DNA of 64,000 bases from an uncultured Lachnospiraceae bacterium (lineage in GTDB: Bacteria; Bacillota; Clostridia; Lachnospirales; Lachnospiraceae), in assembly GCA_910576815.1 (NCBI GenBank), contig CAJTKA010000018.1:5485-69484 (forward strand), given 5' to 3'. A program made the translations under genes and the position numbers. Below, piece by piece: positions 20,013 through 30,669 of this stretch. A model generated the notes under the pieces. The model saw only the letters and a list, made by a program, of their open reading frames with translations. It ran no database searches and was not told the origin of the DNA. Every line of letters begins with the position of its first letter. Positions within the stretch are counted from its first letter, which is position 1.

Positions 20013-21071
20013 ATGGTAGAAGTAAAGCCTCTGAAAATAGGGGATTTGACGGCGCGGGTGCCTGTCATTCAGGGCGGTATGGGCGTGGGCGTAAGCCTTT
20101 CCTCTCTGGCAGGTGCAGTGGCGGCGGAGGGCGGCATCGGCGTGCTCTCTACGGCGCAGATCGGTTACAGAGAGTCTGATTTTGACACAGACCCAATCGG
20201 CGCGAATCTGCGGGCCATCGGGACGGAGATCGGGAAGGCCAGGGAACTTGCAAAGGGCGGGATTCTTGGCGTTAATATCATGGTGGCGACCAGAAGGTAT
20301 GAGGACTATGTGAAGGCGGCAGTGGCGGCGGGGATCGACCTCATCATTTCCGGTGCGGGATTGCCGATGGATCTGCCGAAAATTGTGGGTGAGGCTAAGA
20401 CGAAGCTTCTTCCCATTGTGTCGAGTGTAAAATCCGCGCAGGTCATTATGCGCTATTGGTGGAAGAAATACAACCGTCTGCCTGATGCCATAGTGATCGA
20501 AGGGCCTCTTGCGGGCGGACATCTGGGCTTTCATAAGGAGCAGCTTGACGATATCGAGGGGCTTCATTATGATGAAGAAGTCAGGGCCATCATCGCGCTG
20601 GTCAATGAAACGGCGGTGGAACATGGCGTAAAAATTCCCGTGATCATGGCGGGGGGTGTCTATGAGCGCGCCGATATGGAGCATTATTTGGAGCTGGGCG
20701 CGTCGGGTGTACAGATGGCGACCCGCTTTGTGACGACGTACGAATGCGATGCGGACGACGCTTACAAGCAGGCTTATATCAATGCGAAAAAAGATGATAT
20801 CGTTATTGTGCAGAGTCCCGTGGGGATGCCGGGGCGCGCGATCCTCAATCCTTTTATGAAAAAGGCGAAGGAGGGGCAGATCCCGCATGAAAAATGCCAT
20901 CTGTGCATCAGCACGTGTAAGGGGGCGGATACGCCTTACTGTATTACGGACGCCCTCATCAACGCAGTGACAGGGAAAGTGGACGACGCCCTGCTCTTTT
21001 GCGGCGCGAACGCGTATCGGGCGACGAAGCTGGAGCATGTGAGGGATATATTGGACGACTTTAAACCTTAA
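20013..21071 (+). CDS. nitronate monooxygenase-family flavoprotein, FabX-like
   Basis: IQGGMGVGVS, SGAGLP, EGPLAGGHLG, SPVGMPGRA, C-terminal CHLCISTC...YCI. Confidence 0.75.
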   Translation: MVEVKPLKIGDLTARVPVIQGGMGVGVSLSSLAGAVAAEGGIGVLSTAQIGYRESDFDTDPIGANLRAIGTEIGKARELAKGGILGVNIMVATRRYEDYVKAAVAAGIDLIISGAGLPMDLPKIVGEAKTKLLPIVSSVKSAQVIMRYWWKKYNRLPDAIVIEGPLAGGHLGFHKEQLDDIEGLHYDEEVRAIIALVNETAVEHGVKIPVIMAGGVYERADMEHYLELGASGVQMATRFVTTYECDADDAYKQAYINAKKDDIVIVQSPVGMPGRAILNPFMKKAKEGQIPHEKCHLCISTCKGADTPYCITDALINAVTGKVDDALLFCGANAYRATKLEHVRDILDDFKP

Positions 21072-21094
21072 AACCTTGAGGGGGTTTCATTGAT

Positions 21095-22063
21095 ATGATG
21101 AAGACAAGAATCATAGGAACGGGAAGCTGCCTTCCCGAAACGGTGGTGTCAAACGACGATCTGGCGAAGATCATGGATACTTCCGACGAGTGGATCAGCA
21201 GCAGGACGGGAATCAAAAAACGCCATCTGGCGAAGGAGGAGACCACGGCAAGCATGTCCGTGGAGGCGGCGAGACGGGCGCTTGAGAATGCAGGCGTAAC
21301 TGCGGAGGAGCTTGATCTGATCATTTTGGGGACTGTGTCAGCTGACTACGTAACGCCTGCCTGCGCCTGTGAGGTACAGGCGGCGCTGGGGGCGAAGAAT
21401 GCGGTGGCTTTCGACGTCAATGCAGCCTGCTCCGGCTTTATGTTTGCGTTTAATATTGCCAATGCCTATATTCAGGCAGGGCTATATCGGACGGCGCTGA
21501 TTTTAGGAGCGGAGACACTATCTAAGATTGTAGACTGGAGCGACAGGAGCACCTGTGTGCTGTTTGGAGACGGCGCGGGAGCGGCTGTCGTGCGGGGTGA
21601 TGAGAAGTATGGCATGCTGGCCTTTGATCAGGGTAGCGACGGCACCAAGGGCGATGTGCTTGCCTGTCTTGGTCGTACAAACAATAATCCCCTGATCGCG
21701 AACGATCAGGAGACGGCTTATGTTCATATGGATGGGCAGGAAGTATATAAGTTTGCCGTGACCACGGTGCCTGCCTCTCTGCAAAAGACCATTGAGGCGG
21801 CAGGATTTACGCCGGAAGAGATTGATTATTACGCGCTGCATCAGGCAAACATCCGCATCATTCAGTCGGTGTCGAAACGGCTCCATATTTCCGAGGATAA
21901 GTTTCCCATCAGTCTGGACCACTGTGGAAACATTTCAGCGGCAAGCGTGCCGATCCTTTTGGATGAGATGAACCGAAAGGGATTGTTAAAGCCTGGCACA
22001 AAAATCGCCATGAGCGGTTTCGGGGGCGGGCTGACCTGGGCATCTGCGGTGTTACAATGGTAG
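21095..22063 (+). CDS. fabH: beta-ketoacyl-ACP synthase III
   Basis: NAACSGF, LFGDGAGA, HQANIRI, GNISAAS. Confidence 0.95.
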   Translation: MMKTRIIGTGSCLPETVVSNDDLAKIMDTSDEWISSRTGIKKRHLAKEETTASMSVEAARRALENAGVTAEELDLIILGTVSADYVTPACACEVQAALGAKNAVAFDVNAACSGFMFAFNIANAYIQAGLYRTALILGAETLSKIVDWSDRSTCVLFGDGAGAAVVRGDEKYGMLAFDQGSDGTKGDVLACLGRTNNNPLIANDQETAYVHMDGQEVYKFAVTTVPASLQKTIEAAGFTPEEIDYYALHQANIRIIQSVSKRLHISEDKFPISLDHCGNISAASVPILLDEMNRKGLLKPGTKIAMSGFGGGLTWASAVLQW

Positions 22064-22064
22064 A

Positions 22065-22160
22065 GTGAAAAGAACTTCTAGCCACTTGCAGCAGAGGCTG
22101 CTTCGTGGAGAAGTTCTATGTTTCACTCAGGAGAATGCTTGAAATACAGCATTCTCCGCA
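22065..22160. repeat. intergenic double-hairpin repeat, copy 1
   Basis: GTGAAA...TTTCAC stem followed by CAGGAGAATGC...GCATTCTCCGCA; homologous to 37400-37515. Confidence 0.65.
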
Positions 22161-22162
22161 TT

Positions 22163-23605
22163 TTACCCAACTTTTAGTTTCTGAGCCAAGGAGGAAATCT
22201 CCTCTAGGATCTCCTTACAACAGTTCATGTTCTCCACGGATTTTTCGGAGGTGCGCAGTCCTTCGGTGGAGGATGCAGCTACTTCTTCACTGGTTGCGGA
22301 GAGGTGGCTGATATTTTCGGAAATGGTATCGGTGGAGGCGAGAATGGTATTGACGCTTGCCTCCGTATTTTTTACCTTGGAGGAGAGGGAAGTCATCTCC
22401 TGATAGATATCATCAAAACGCGTGCGCATACTTTCAATCATGCCGTTTTGCGTATGTACGGAGGCAGCGGAAGCCTCGATGCTCTCGTTGGCTGACTGTG
22501 CGTCCGTGTTCAGATCGTGGATGATGGCGGTGATATTGTTGGAGGCTTCCTTGGTCTGTTCGGAGAGCTGCCTGATTTCCTCCGCAACCACGGCAAATCC
22601 TTTTCCTGCCTCGCCTGCTCGGGCAGCCTCAATGGAGGCATTCAGCGCCAGTAGATTTGTTTTTCCTGCGATGCTTAAAATGGTGCCGATAAATTCCTGC
22701 ACATTGCTGATTTGGTCGGTTAATTTTGAGATGACCTGCACGGTGGTGTCGCTGGCGGAGGCCACGTTCTCAGCCTGTTCTTTTAATTTCATGATCTCAT
22801 CGGAGCCTTCCGTGATGGTTTGCATGGTTCTGTCTGAGGCCTCCAGCATGGAACGGATCTCCCCTTCCGCGGTGTCTGAGGAAGCATGGATTTCCACGCA
22901 CATGGAAGCCTGTTCCTGAATGGATTCGGCAGTCATTTCCGTGCTCTCGGCAATATTTTCCATTGCAAAATTACAGGTTTCGATACATTCTTTTAATTCG
23001 GCAACCATATTCATGGCTTCTGTAAAATGGGCGGTAATATCATCCGCGACCTGCGTCATGGTCTGGTTGGTAAGTTCTTGCGCTTTTGCGGCTTCCAAAA
23101 TGGAAGACATATTTTCTTCATTAAATCGAATCATCAGGCGGGTGGCTGTGATACAGGAAGCGGCCACCAAGATCAGGGAAAACATTTCTACGATGGAGGA
23201 GGTGAGGTCGCTTTTATGGATGATGATTCGCAGCAGATTTGCAATAATAGCCACACTGTTGCCATAGATGGTAAGTTTTACATTTAAAAAGGCCATGGAA
23301 GCAATGATCAGGGCAAAGACGTAGGCATACACGCCGTTCGAATTGTTTAACAGGACGATAACCACATAGGCGAGCGCACAGGAGCCCATAAGAATGATCG
23401 TGCAGGCCTTGATTTCTCTATCTTTCAGGAAAGCGGCAATGCTGATAATGACAGCAATGATTGTAAAGATGAGCTGCACCCAGACTCTCCAGGTGGCTTG
23501 TCCGGCCAGCATTGACAATAGAAATGTAATCAGAAAATAGCCGAGTATGATCATGATAACTGGAAAAATTCTGGTGTTTGCTGCTCTGTACTGCTCTCTG
23601 GTCAT
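22163..23605 (-). CDS. methyl-accepting chemotaxis protein (multi-TM N-terminus)
   Basis: [30 protein letters not shown] signalling domain. Confidence 0.92.
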   Translation of the reverse strand: MTREQYRAANTRIFPVIMIILGYFLITFLLSMLAGQATWRVWVQLIFTIIAVIISIAAFLKDREIKACTIILMGSCALAYVVIVLLNNSNGVYAYVFALIIASMAFLNVKLTIYGNSVAIIANLLRIIIHKSDLTSSIVEMFSLILVAASCITATRLMIRFNEENMSSILEAAKAQELTNQTMTQVADDITAHFTEAMNMVAELKECIETCNFAMENIAESTEMTAESIQEQASMCVEIHASSDTAEGEIRSMLEASDRTMQTITEGSDEIMKLKEQAENVASASDTTVQVISKLTDQISNVQEFIGTILSIAGKTNLLALNASIEAARAGEAGKGFAVVAEEIRQLSEQTKEASNNITAIIHDLNTDAQSANESIEASAASVHTQNGMIESMRTRFDDIYQEMTSLSSKVKNTEASVNTILASTDTISENISHLSATSEEVAASSTEGLRTSEKSVENMNCCKEILEEISSLAQKLKVG

Positions 23606-23731
23606 AGTAGTTACCCCCTCACATAAAAATAAACGCAAACAATATGTCTGCGTTTATTATAACACTATACGTATTATTGCACAATCAACTATAAAAAGTG
23701 TATTAAATTTTGTACAATACTACCAAAACAT

Positions 23732-26251
23732 TTAGTCTTGATTTCGAATGCGTTCGATCAGACTCTCCTTTTTCATTTTTTTGCTGATCAGGAGAGTAAT
23801 CAAAAGCTGTCCAATCAGCAGCACCAGCGCAAGGCCGATGGATTCCCACAGGGGATAGTGGTAGCGGCTGATGCTCATAAAATGCTCTTGTTTTGCCCAT
23901 TTGTAAAAAAGATAGCCAAAGAAATTTCCAAGCGTCAGGCTGATCAGAAGGGTGCCGGCGGTAAAGACAAGTCCTTCCCCGGAAAGCATACGCACAAGTT
24001 GTCTGTCGGAAAGCCCCAGTGCCTGCAGGATACCCAGTTCTTTCTTTCTGGTGACTATGCTGGTGATCATCGTATTGATCAGGCTGATAAAGCCGATCAC
24101 GGCAATCAGCGAAAGCAGGAGGTAGACAGGGTTCCTTGTCAGATCGACGCCAGAGTGCCCGATCTTCAATTCCACATCCATGGCATACATGGTAAAATGC
24201 TCATTTTCAGATACGATTTTTAGCAAAGCTTCTTTGACGCTGTCATAGTGTTCGTCGTCCGCATACAGATAAATATTCGTGGTAGGATCGCAGGTCAGTC
24301 CCAGATTATTCCATGAGTCTTGCGTCATAATAAGAAAAGAAAAATTGCTGTCCGGCTGCGTCAGGGCGGTGAGCGTGGTCGTAAAAGGAATTTCCCGGCT
24401 GCCGTCGAGGAGTTTCATGGAAAAGCTGTCGCCAATGGAAAGACCGTACTGCTTAAAAGAATATACATGGGTGCAGATGATCTCATTGTTTGCGGTCATG
24501 CGGTCATAATCGATACTGCCCTGTTCCAGATAAGTGCTTAATTCTGCCACATCCTCTCTGGTAAAATAGGAAAGCGGCTGGCGGTTGTCGTATTCCTCAT
24601 ACATGGCGGAAGGCACATCCGTGGAGGAGAGGATGATACCGGGTTCGCGTTCTACTTTCTCCACTCCTTCTATAGAGAGTAACTGCGAAAGGAAGGCGTC
24701 ACTGAAATAATTTTGCTGTACCAGATTTTCCAAATTGTTTTCGGGATATTCATTATCATAATAATGTGCATATTTCAGAGAAATACGGAAATCTCCCTTA
24801 GGAATATTTCTTCTGGCAATATCCTCCGCGCTGACACTGCTTAAGACAGCGGAGACGCAGATAAAAAGTACGCAGCTTAAGCCCATGGTGAGGATGGTGA
24901 CGGTGGTACGTTTTTTATTGCGCGTCAGGTTAGCAAAAGTTAAAGTGGAGACTTTTACCGTATGATGTCCCACACGGCTTTTTTTATCCGTTGTATTTTC
25001 CTGATAGCGAATGGCTTCCACAGGGGAAACCTTTTTTGCCATGCGAATGGGTTTTCGCAAAGACAAAGCTACTGTAGCCAAGGAAGCTGCCGCTGCCGTA
25101 AGCAGTACGGGCAGAGAGAACATATGAATCTGCCCGATGACCGCCTCCGCTGCGTCGCGGGAATAGGAATTGATGGCGGAGCCGCTCTGATATGCCCACA
25201 AAACAAGCGGAAAACAGAGGTAGGGCAGAAGGAAGCCGATCAAAAGTCCTACCGGGACGGCAATGGCGGATACGATGGCACCCTGCCAATATAACATACC
25301 GGCAAGTTGACGTCTGGAAGCGCCCAGCGCCTTCAGTTTTCCAATCTCCTGTACATCCGTGATCACGCCCACATAATAGATACTGTAAATTACCAGAGAG
25401 GAAAAGAGGATCACGACCAGGCAGATCACGGTGATGATAGCGATGACTTCTGTGCCCGGATCGGTCACGGTGGAAAGATATGCTTTATTAAGTTTGACGT
25501 ACATCTCATCCAGTCCGATATCCGCAGCGACAGAAAGGATGCGATCTTCCATTTCATCGAAGGACAGTTCATCTTCTCCGTAAACACGCAGGGTGGCACT
25601 GGGTTTTGACTGATAGAGTCCGGAATCCGCATATTTTTGCAGAACGGCTTTTGAAACATAGGCGTTCCACATCAGGCGGCTGTCGTCTATGCCCTCGTCG
25701 ATTTCTACATCGGGCAGCAGGCCGCTGACGGTAAATTCATCGGTCAGAATTTCCCCTTTGCCGTTTACGCGGAAGGAGAGCGTCATTTTGCTGCCGAGGA
25801 CAGGCTCTACCCCCATGCGGCGGAAAAAGATGGGGGAGGAGCAGATTTCATCTTCCGCTTCGGGATAATGCCCTTTTTCAAGCGTCAGCCCGTGCGTGCT
25901 ATTGTCTGCGGTTTCCGCCCTGTCATCCCGCAGGATGTCTGTGTAAGTGAGAACGCCGTTCATTTTTCCGTTGATAATATCCGCAAAAGTCTCCGAAGTG
26001 TCGAGCGCTTCCACCCGAATGTGAGAGGACAAAATCTCCACCTGTTCGGGCGTAAGCTCGTTAAAAGATGTGTGATAATCAGACAAGGAATAAATCTGCC
26101 TGTTCATGTCAAGTATGGCGACGCCGGTAGTGCCGATAGCCGTCAGTAGTATGGTGGTGAGCAGGATGGCAATGCCTGTGAGCAGTGTGCGGCTTTTGTT
26201 GTAGCGAAGGCGCTGCAGGGCCAGATTGAAAACCGTGTCAGTTTTCTGCAT
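23732..26251 (-). CDS. FtsX-like ABC transporter permease
   Basis: two FtsX motifs (EIGKLKALGAS, KELGILQALGLS); GAGGAGGTG SD. Confidence 0.88.
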   Translation of the reverse strand: MQKTDTVFNLALQRLRYNKSRTLLTGIAILLTTILLTAIGTTGVAILDMNRQIYSLSDYHTSFNELTPEQVEILSSHIRVEALDTSETFADIINGKMNGVLTYTDILRDDRAETADNSTHGLTLEKGHYPEAEDEICSSPIFFRRMGVEPVLGSKMTLSFRVNGKGEILTDEFTVSGLLPDVEIDEGIDDSRLMWNAYVSKAVLQKYADSGLYQSKPSATLRVYGEDELSFDEMEDRILSVAADIGLDEMYVKLNKAYLSTVTDPGTEVIAIITVICLVVILFSSLVIYSIYYVGVITDVQEIGKLKALGASRRQLAGMLYWQGAIVSAIAVPVGLLIGFLLPYLCFPLVLWAYQSGSAINSYSRDAAEAVIGQIHMFSLPVLLTAAAASLATVALSLRKPIRMAKKVSPVEAIRYQENTTDKKSRVGHHTVKVSTLTFANLTRNKKRTTVTILTMGLSCVLFICVSAVLSSVSAEDIARRNIPKGDFRISLKYAHYYDNEYPENNLENLVQQNYFSDAFLSQLLSIEGVEKVEREPGIILSSTDVPSAMYEEYDNRQPLSYFTREDVAELSTYLEQGSIDYDRMTANNEIICTHVYSFKQYGLSIGDSFSMKLLDGSREIPFTTTLTALTQPDSNFSFLIMTQDSWNNLGLTCDPTTNIYLYADDEHYDSVKEALLKIVSENEHFTMYAMDVELKIGHSGVDLTRNPVYLLLSLIAVIGFISLINTMITSIVTRKKELGILQALGLSDRQLVRMLSGEGLVFTAGTLLISLTLGNFFGYLFYKWAKQEHFMSISRYHYPLWESIGLALVLLIGQLLITLLISKKMKKESLIERIRNQD

Positions 26252-26972
26252 GAGCTGCCACCTCCTCTTCATTTTCTATCATAAGCTTTCCGTCGGAAAT
26301 AATGCGCCCGTCTGCCAGCATGATCGTGCGGTCGGCCATCTGCGCGACCTCCTCGTTGTGGGTGATAACAACCAATGTCTGGCCGTATTTTTTGGCGGAT
26401 GTTTTTAAGAGGGCCATTACTTCGTCTCCGGTCTTGGTATCCAGGTTACCCGTGGGCTCATCCGCCAGAATCAGGGAGGGCTTGGCAGCAATGGCTCTTG
26501 CGATGGCGCAGCGCTGCTGCTGGCCGCCGGAGAGCGTGTTAGGAAGGCTGCGTTTCTTTTCCGTGAGGCCAAGCGTCGCAATGATATCATTGATAAAAGC
26601 TTCATCCAGAGGTTTGCCGTCCAGCCCCAGCGGAAGGACGATATTTTCCCATACATTCAAGGCGGGAATCAGATTGTATGCCTGAAAGATAAAGCCAATT
26701 TTGCGGCGGCGGATCTTGGAGAGCGCGTCCGCTTTCAGGCTGGCAATGTTTTCCCCGTCGAGAAAGACATTGCCTGAGGTGGGGTTGTCCAGTGCGCCCA
26801 GCATATGGAGCAGGGTGGACTTGCCGCTGCCGGACTTGCCGATGATGGAGACAAACTCTCCCTGTTTGATCTGCAAATTGATGTGATCCGTGGCCTTAAC
26901 GAGACTGTCGCCGGAGCCGTAATACTTGCAGAGATTTTCTGTTTTCAAAATGATGTTTGCCTGGTTATTCAT
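26238..26972 (-). CDS. LolD/MacB-type ABC ATP-binding protein
   Basis: [27 protein letters not shown]. Confidence 0.92.
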   Translation of the reverse strand: MNNQANIILKTENLCKYYGSGDSLVKATDHINLQIKQGEFVSIIGKSGSGKSTLLHMLGALDNPTSGNVFLDGENIASLKADALSKIRRRKIGFIFQAYNLIPALNVWENIVLPLGLDGKPLDEAFINDIIATLGLTEKKRSLPNTLSGGQQQRCAIARAIAAKPSLILADEPTGNLDTKTGDEVMALLKTSAKKYGQTLVVITHNEEVAQMADRTIMLADGRIISDGKLMIENEEEVAAHAEN

Positions 26973-27037
26973 TTTATCCTGCCTTTCGTGTGAGTTTTTA
27001 CGGATATCTCTTTGTAAATACAGTATACTGTGCTTTT

Positions 27038-27055
27038 CTTACAAGAAACTTACAA
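27038..27055 (-). promoter_or_regulatory. putative OmpR-family response regulator direct-repeat site
   Basis: TTGTAAG-tttc-TTGTAAG (11-bp period) upstream of TATACT -10 of the ABC operon. Confidence 0.55.
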
Positions 27056-27360
27056 AAAAATAATTGTAGGATGAAAATAGAGTCTATACCATAAAATTGC
27101 ATAATACCATATCTTGTGTTTTGTCTATCATAATGTAAACGCTTGTCATATATCTTGTTATGCCACATTTGATTATCGGAATAACGATTACTATTTTTCT
27201 CCATGTTAAGATTTGATTGTAGGTTGTGTACGGTCTTTATTTATGCTATATCTGGTTTAACGGAGCTTTTAGGAATGGTTCCGTTACATCACATATCATT
27301 CGAAATTCTTCCGTTTCATCGGATTCCGATCAATTGTCAAATCGAAAGGCAGGCACATCT

Positions 27361-28338
27361 ATGAAAACAAACGATTACAGTCAAAATGTCACTCACACGG
27401 AACAGCCGTGTACAATGCCGTTTGCGCATTCGGATTTTGAAAAAGCCACGGGCAGGATCCCTTACAACATGACCAACGACTATATGTTCCGCGCCGTCTT
27501 TCAGTCAAGTAATAAAGCCCTGCGCGGCCTGATCTGCTCCCTGCTTCACCTTGCAGATTCGGAAGTGACCTCCGTGGAGATCACCAACCCGATCCTTTTG
27601 GGGGACAGTATCGATGACAAGGAATTCCGCCTGGATATCCAGCTGCTCCTGAATGACCGTACACGGATAAATCTTGAGATGCAGATCGCCAACCGCCTCA
27701 ACTGGCCAAACCGCTCCGTCATGTACCTGTGCCGATCCTACGACCAACTCAACAGAGGGCAGGATTACAAAGACGCAAGGCCCGCCATCCATATCGGCCT
27801 CCTGGATTATACCCTGTTTGAGGATCATCCCGAGTTCTACGCGGCTTACAAACTGATCAATATCAAAAACCATCGGGTCTACAACGATGACCTGACCCTG
27901 TATGTGGCGGATCTGACACGCATCGATCTGGCCACCGAAGAAGACAGACACTACCACATCGACAGCTGGGCGAGACTGATGAAAGCATCCACATGGGAGG
28001 AACTGAGAATGACGGCATCCGAAGACGAAGCTTTATACGAGACAGCGAAGGCATTATATTATACGTGCTCCGATGAGGAGATCCGTATACGCTGTCTGGA
28101 ACGTGAGGAGTACTATCAGGACCTGCGCAATTATGAGAGGGCGATCGAACAGGAACGCTCAGACCGCGAACAGGAACGCCTGGGGCACGAGCAGGATCTG
28201 CGCAACTATGAGAAAGCGATTGAGCAGGAACGCCTGGAGCATGAGCAGATAATCGCACAGAAGGACAGGGCTTATCAGGATGTATTGGCGGAAAACGAGA
28301 TGCTTCGTGCGGAACTCGAGCGGTTAAAGAATACCTAA
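27361..28338 (+). CDS. Rpn family PD-(D/E)XK nuclease / putative transposase, copy 1
   Basis: NDYMFRAVF, RLDI, INLEMQ motifs; coiled-coil repeat tail. Confidence 0.88.
   Translation: MKTNDYSQNVTHTEQPCTMPFAHSDFEKATGRIPYNMTNDYMFRAVFQSSNKALRGLICSLLHLADSEVTSVEITNPILLGDSIDDKEFRLDIQLLLNDRTRINLEMQIANRLNWPNRSVMYLCRSYDQLNRGQDYKDARPAIHIGLLDYTLFEDHPEFYAAYKLINIKNHRVYNDDLTLYVADLTRIDLATEEDRHYHIDSWARLMKASTWEELRMTASEDEALYETAKALYYTCSDEEIRIRCLEREEYYQDLRNYERAIEQERSDREQERLGHEQDLRNYEKAIEQERLEHEQIIAQKDRAYQDVLAENEMLRAELERLKNT
28117..28245 (+). repeat. two imperfect QDLRNYE...ERLxHE repeat units in Rpn copy 1
   Basis: 75-bp and 54-bp units starting CAGGA(C/T)CTGCGCAA. Confidence 0.75.
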
Positions 28339-29639
28339 TTTAACAGAGGCAGCCGTACAACGAAGACCGTGCCCTGTCTTGCTGCAGGTTTTACCGAGAC
28401 CGCCCCGCCCTGCTCCTCAATGATCCGTCTGGCAAGAAAGAGGCCGACACCTGTCCCTTCTGTCTGTTTCACGAGCGGATGGCTGCCGCGGTAAAAACGC
28501 TTAAAGATTTGATTATATTCTTCTTTGGGGATACCGATTCCCTGATCGGTAATTTCCAGACTGATATAACTGTAGAATTGATGGAGCCTGATGGTCACTG
28601 TACTGCCCGCAGGTGAATACTTGATTGCGTTATCCAGAATGTTTGCGATGGCTTCGGCGCTCCAGCGCCGGTCCAACAATAAGGATATGTCGAAAGCGTT
28701 TCCGTCGGCGGAAGAAAGCAGCTTTTCAGGAAGAGGATCCTGCTCCGATGTAAGGACTTCAACGGAGATATTTTTTTGCAGGGCCTTTTCATAAACTGTG
28801 TTGACAGCGTCGGTGAGCAGGTCGGACAGCGGAAACGCTTCCTGACGAAAAGAAATCAGAGAAGTTTCCAAACGGGACACATTGACTAGCACAGTCACCA
28901 GGCTTTCCAGATTTTGCATTTGCAGAATGCATCTGTGTAAAAAGTCTGTGCGATCTTCCTCCGTGTCAGCTTCCGTACACATGGTGAGACAGGTTTTTAA
29001 AGCACTGATGGGCGTTTTTAACTGGTGGGAGATATCGGTCACAAGCGTTTTGGTGTAATCCCGCTCCTCAGCCAAAGCCCTTGTTTTTGTCATCAATTTA
29101 TTTCCCAGCTTGTAAAGAGGATCGGTGAAAGTTTCGCTGAATATGGAGTCGGTGAGAACTTCTGTTTCCAAGACAGAATAGTCTTCCGACAGATAGCGGT
29201 CGAGCAGGGTATGGAGCATCATCTCCTGCTTTTTCTGATTTTTTGAGAGGCGATAAAAGGAAAAGGATATCAAAAGGAAACCGCAAAGAAAGACAAGCCC
29301 CAAAAGCGTGGCAAAGTTTGATAAAGCTGAGCGATAATAAGGAATATCACTCATTAGAAGATTTTGTCGATAGCCGTACTTGCTAAGGAGGGAAAGCCCC
29401 TCGTCTACGTGAATATATTTGGTATCCCGCAATGTGGAGACGAAAAGTTCCTCTGCTTCGGGATATTCGGAGAGAACCGCTCCCGCAATGTTGCTGATCA
29501 GATCAAGTTCCTGCTTGTGTTGGGAATTTAGAAGGGAAACACCCCAGAATCCGCAAAGAAAAACAAAGAGCAGGGAGGCAGTCAGAATAAAAAAATATGC
29601 GTTTGGAAGATAGGACGGCAGATGCAGTTTTTTTCTCAT
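28335..29639 (-). CDS. sensor histidine kinase
   Basis: DISHQLKTP, NILDNAIKYS, DQGIGI, GTGVGL; two TM helices. Confidence 0.92.
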   Translation of the reverse strand: MRKKLHLPSYLPNAYFFILTASLLFVFLCGFWGVSLLNSQHKQELDLISNIAGAVLSEYPEAEELFVSTLRDTKYIHVDEGLSLLSKYGYRQNLLMSDIPYYRSALSNFATLLGLVFLCGFLLISFSFYRLSKNQKKQEMMLHTLLDRYLSEDYSVLETEVLTDSIFSETFTDPLYKLGNKLMTKTRALAEERDYTKTLVTDISHQLKTPISALKTCLTMCTEADTEEDRTDFLHRCILQMQNLESLVTVLVNVSRLETSLISFRQEAFPLSDLLTDAVNTVYEKALQKNISVEVLTSEQDPLPEKLLSSADGNAFDISLLLDRRWSAEAIANILDNAIKYSPAGSTVTIRLHQFYSYISLEITDQGIGIPKEEYNQIFKRFYRGSHPLVKQTEGTGVGLFLARRIIEEQGGAVSVKPAARQGTVFVVRLPLLN

Positions 29640-30328
29640 CGTTTTTCACATTTCCTTTCCCAGATATAGCCGAGCCCCCTGACATTTTTCAGGATGGCAG
29701 GGGTGGAAGGGTTGTCCTCGATTTTTTCCCGAAGCCGTCTGATATTAACGGAGAGCGTGTTTTCATCTACAAAATTTCCTTCAATATCCCAGATGGCTTC
29801 CAGAAGCTGATTCCTTGAAAGAATGCGCATTGGATTTTCCATAAAAAAGGAGAGCAGGGAGTATTCCTTTGCAGTCAGGGATAAATAGGAATCTTTCTTT
29901 GCGGCCCGTCCTTCCTCCGGGTATAGCGTAATATCGCCGGAGATAATGCTTTTGGGAGCATCGGTGGGAAACCGTTTTAAGAGTGCGCCGACCTTCGCAG
30001 TCAAAGCCGTTATGGAAAAGGGTTTGGTAATGTAGTCATCCGCGCCCTGCCTGTAGCCTGCCACGATATCTTCTTCGCGGTCAAGGGCTGTCAGAAATAA
30101 AAGGAGGACGTTGCTTTCCTGCCGCACGCGGGAGCAAAAGTCCAGGCCGTTTCCGTCCGGCAGAGAGATATCACAGATGATCAGGGAAAGATTTTTATTC
30201 TGAAACAGGCTGAGGGCATCTTTCACGGTGAAGGCACTGTGTACGGTATACCCTTCTTTTTTTAACTTGTAAGCAATAGAGTGATTGAGGCTGTCATCGT
30301 CCTCCAACAATAAAATTTCCTGTGACAT
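29636..30328 (-). CDS. OmpR family response regulator
   Basis: LLEDD, CDISLPDG, DDYITKPF, VRGLGY. Confidence 0.92.
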   Translation of the reverse strand: MSQEILLLEDDDSLNHSIAYKLKKEGYTVHSAFTVKDALSLFQNKNLSLIICDISLPDGNGLDFCSRVRQESNVLLLFLTALDREEDIVAGYRQGADDYITKPFSITALTAKVGALLKRFPTDAPKSIISGDITLYPEEGRAAKKDSYLSLTAKEYSLLSFFMENPMRILSRNQLLEAIWDIEGNFVDENTLSVNIRRLREKIEDNPSTPAILKNVRGLGYIWERKCEKR

Positions 30329-30669
30329 TTGAATCTGCTCCATAATCAAATTTTTAATGGTTCGATGGCAAAATATTTTGATAAGACAGTGTAAAAATTA
30401 TATAACGATTGTGTTTATGGTGCAATACACTTTCTGCCTGATTTGATATGTGGTATAATATCCGCGAAAGCAATGAGCAGTGCACAGACGAAAGATGAAA
30501 AAATGGCAGCATGCTGACATTTTTTTCAGATTGCGGATGTATAGGGCGAATGCCCGTGAACGAGGAAACCGTAAGGTTTACAAGTGTGCACTGCGAGCAT
30601 ACGGAAGTACAGACGAAAGATAAAAATGGCAGCCTATGTTGCAAGAATTTTCACAAAAGGTGGTATCAC

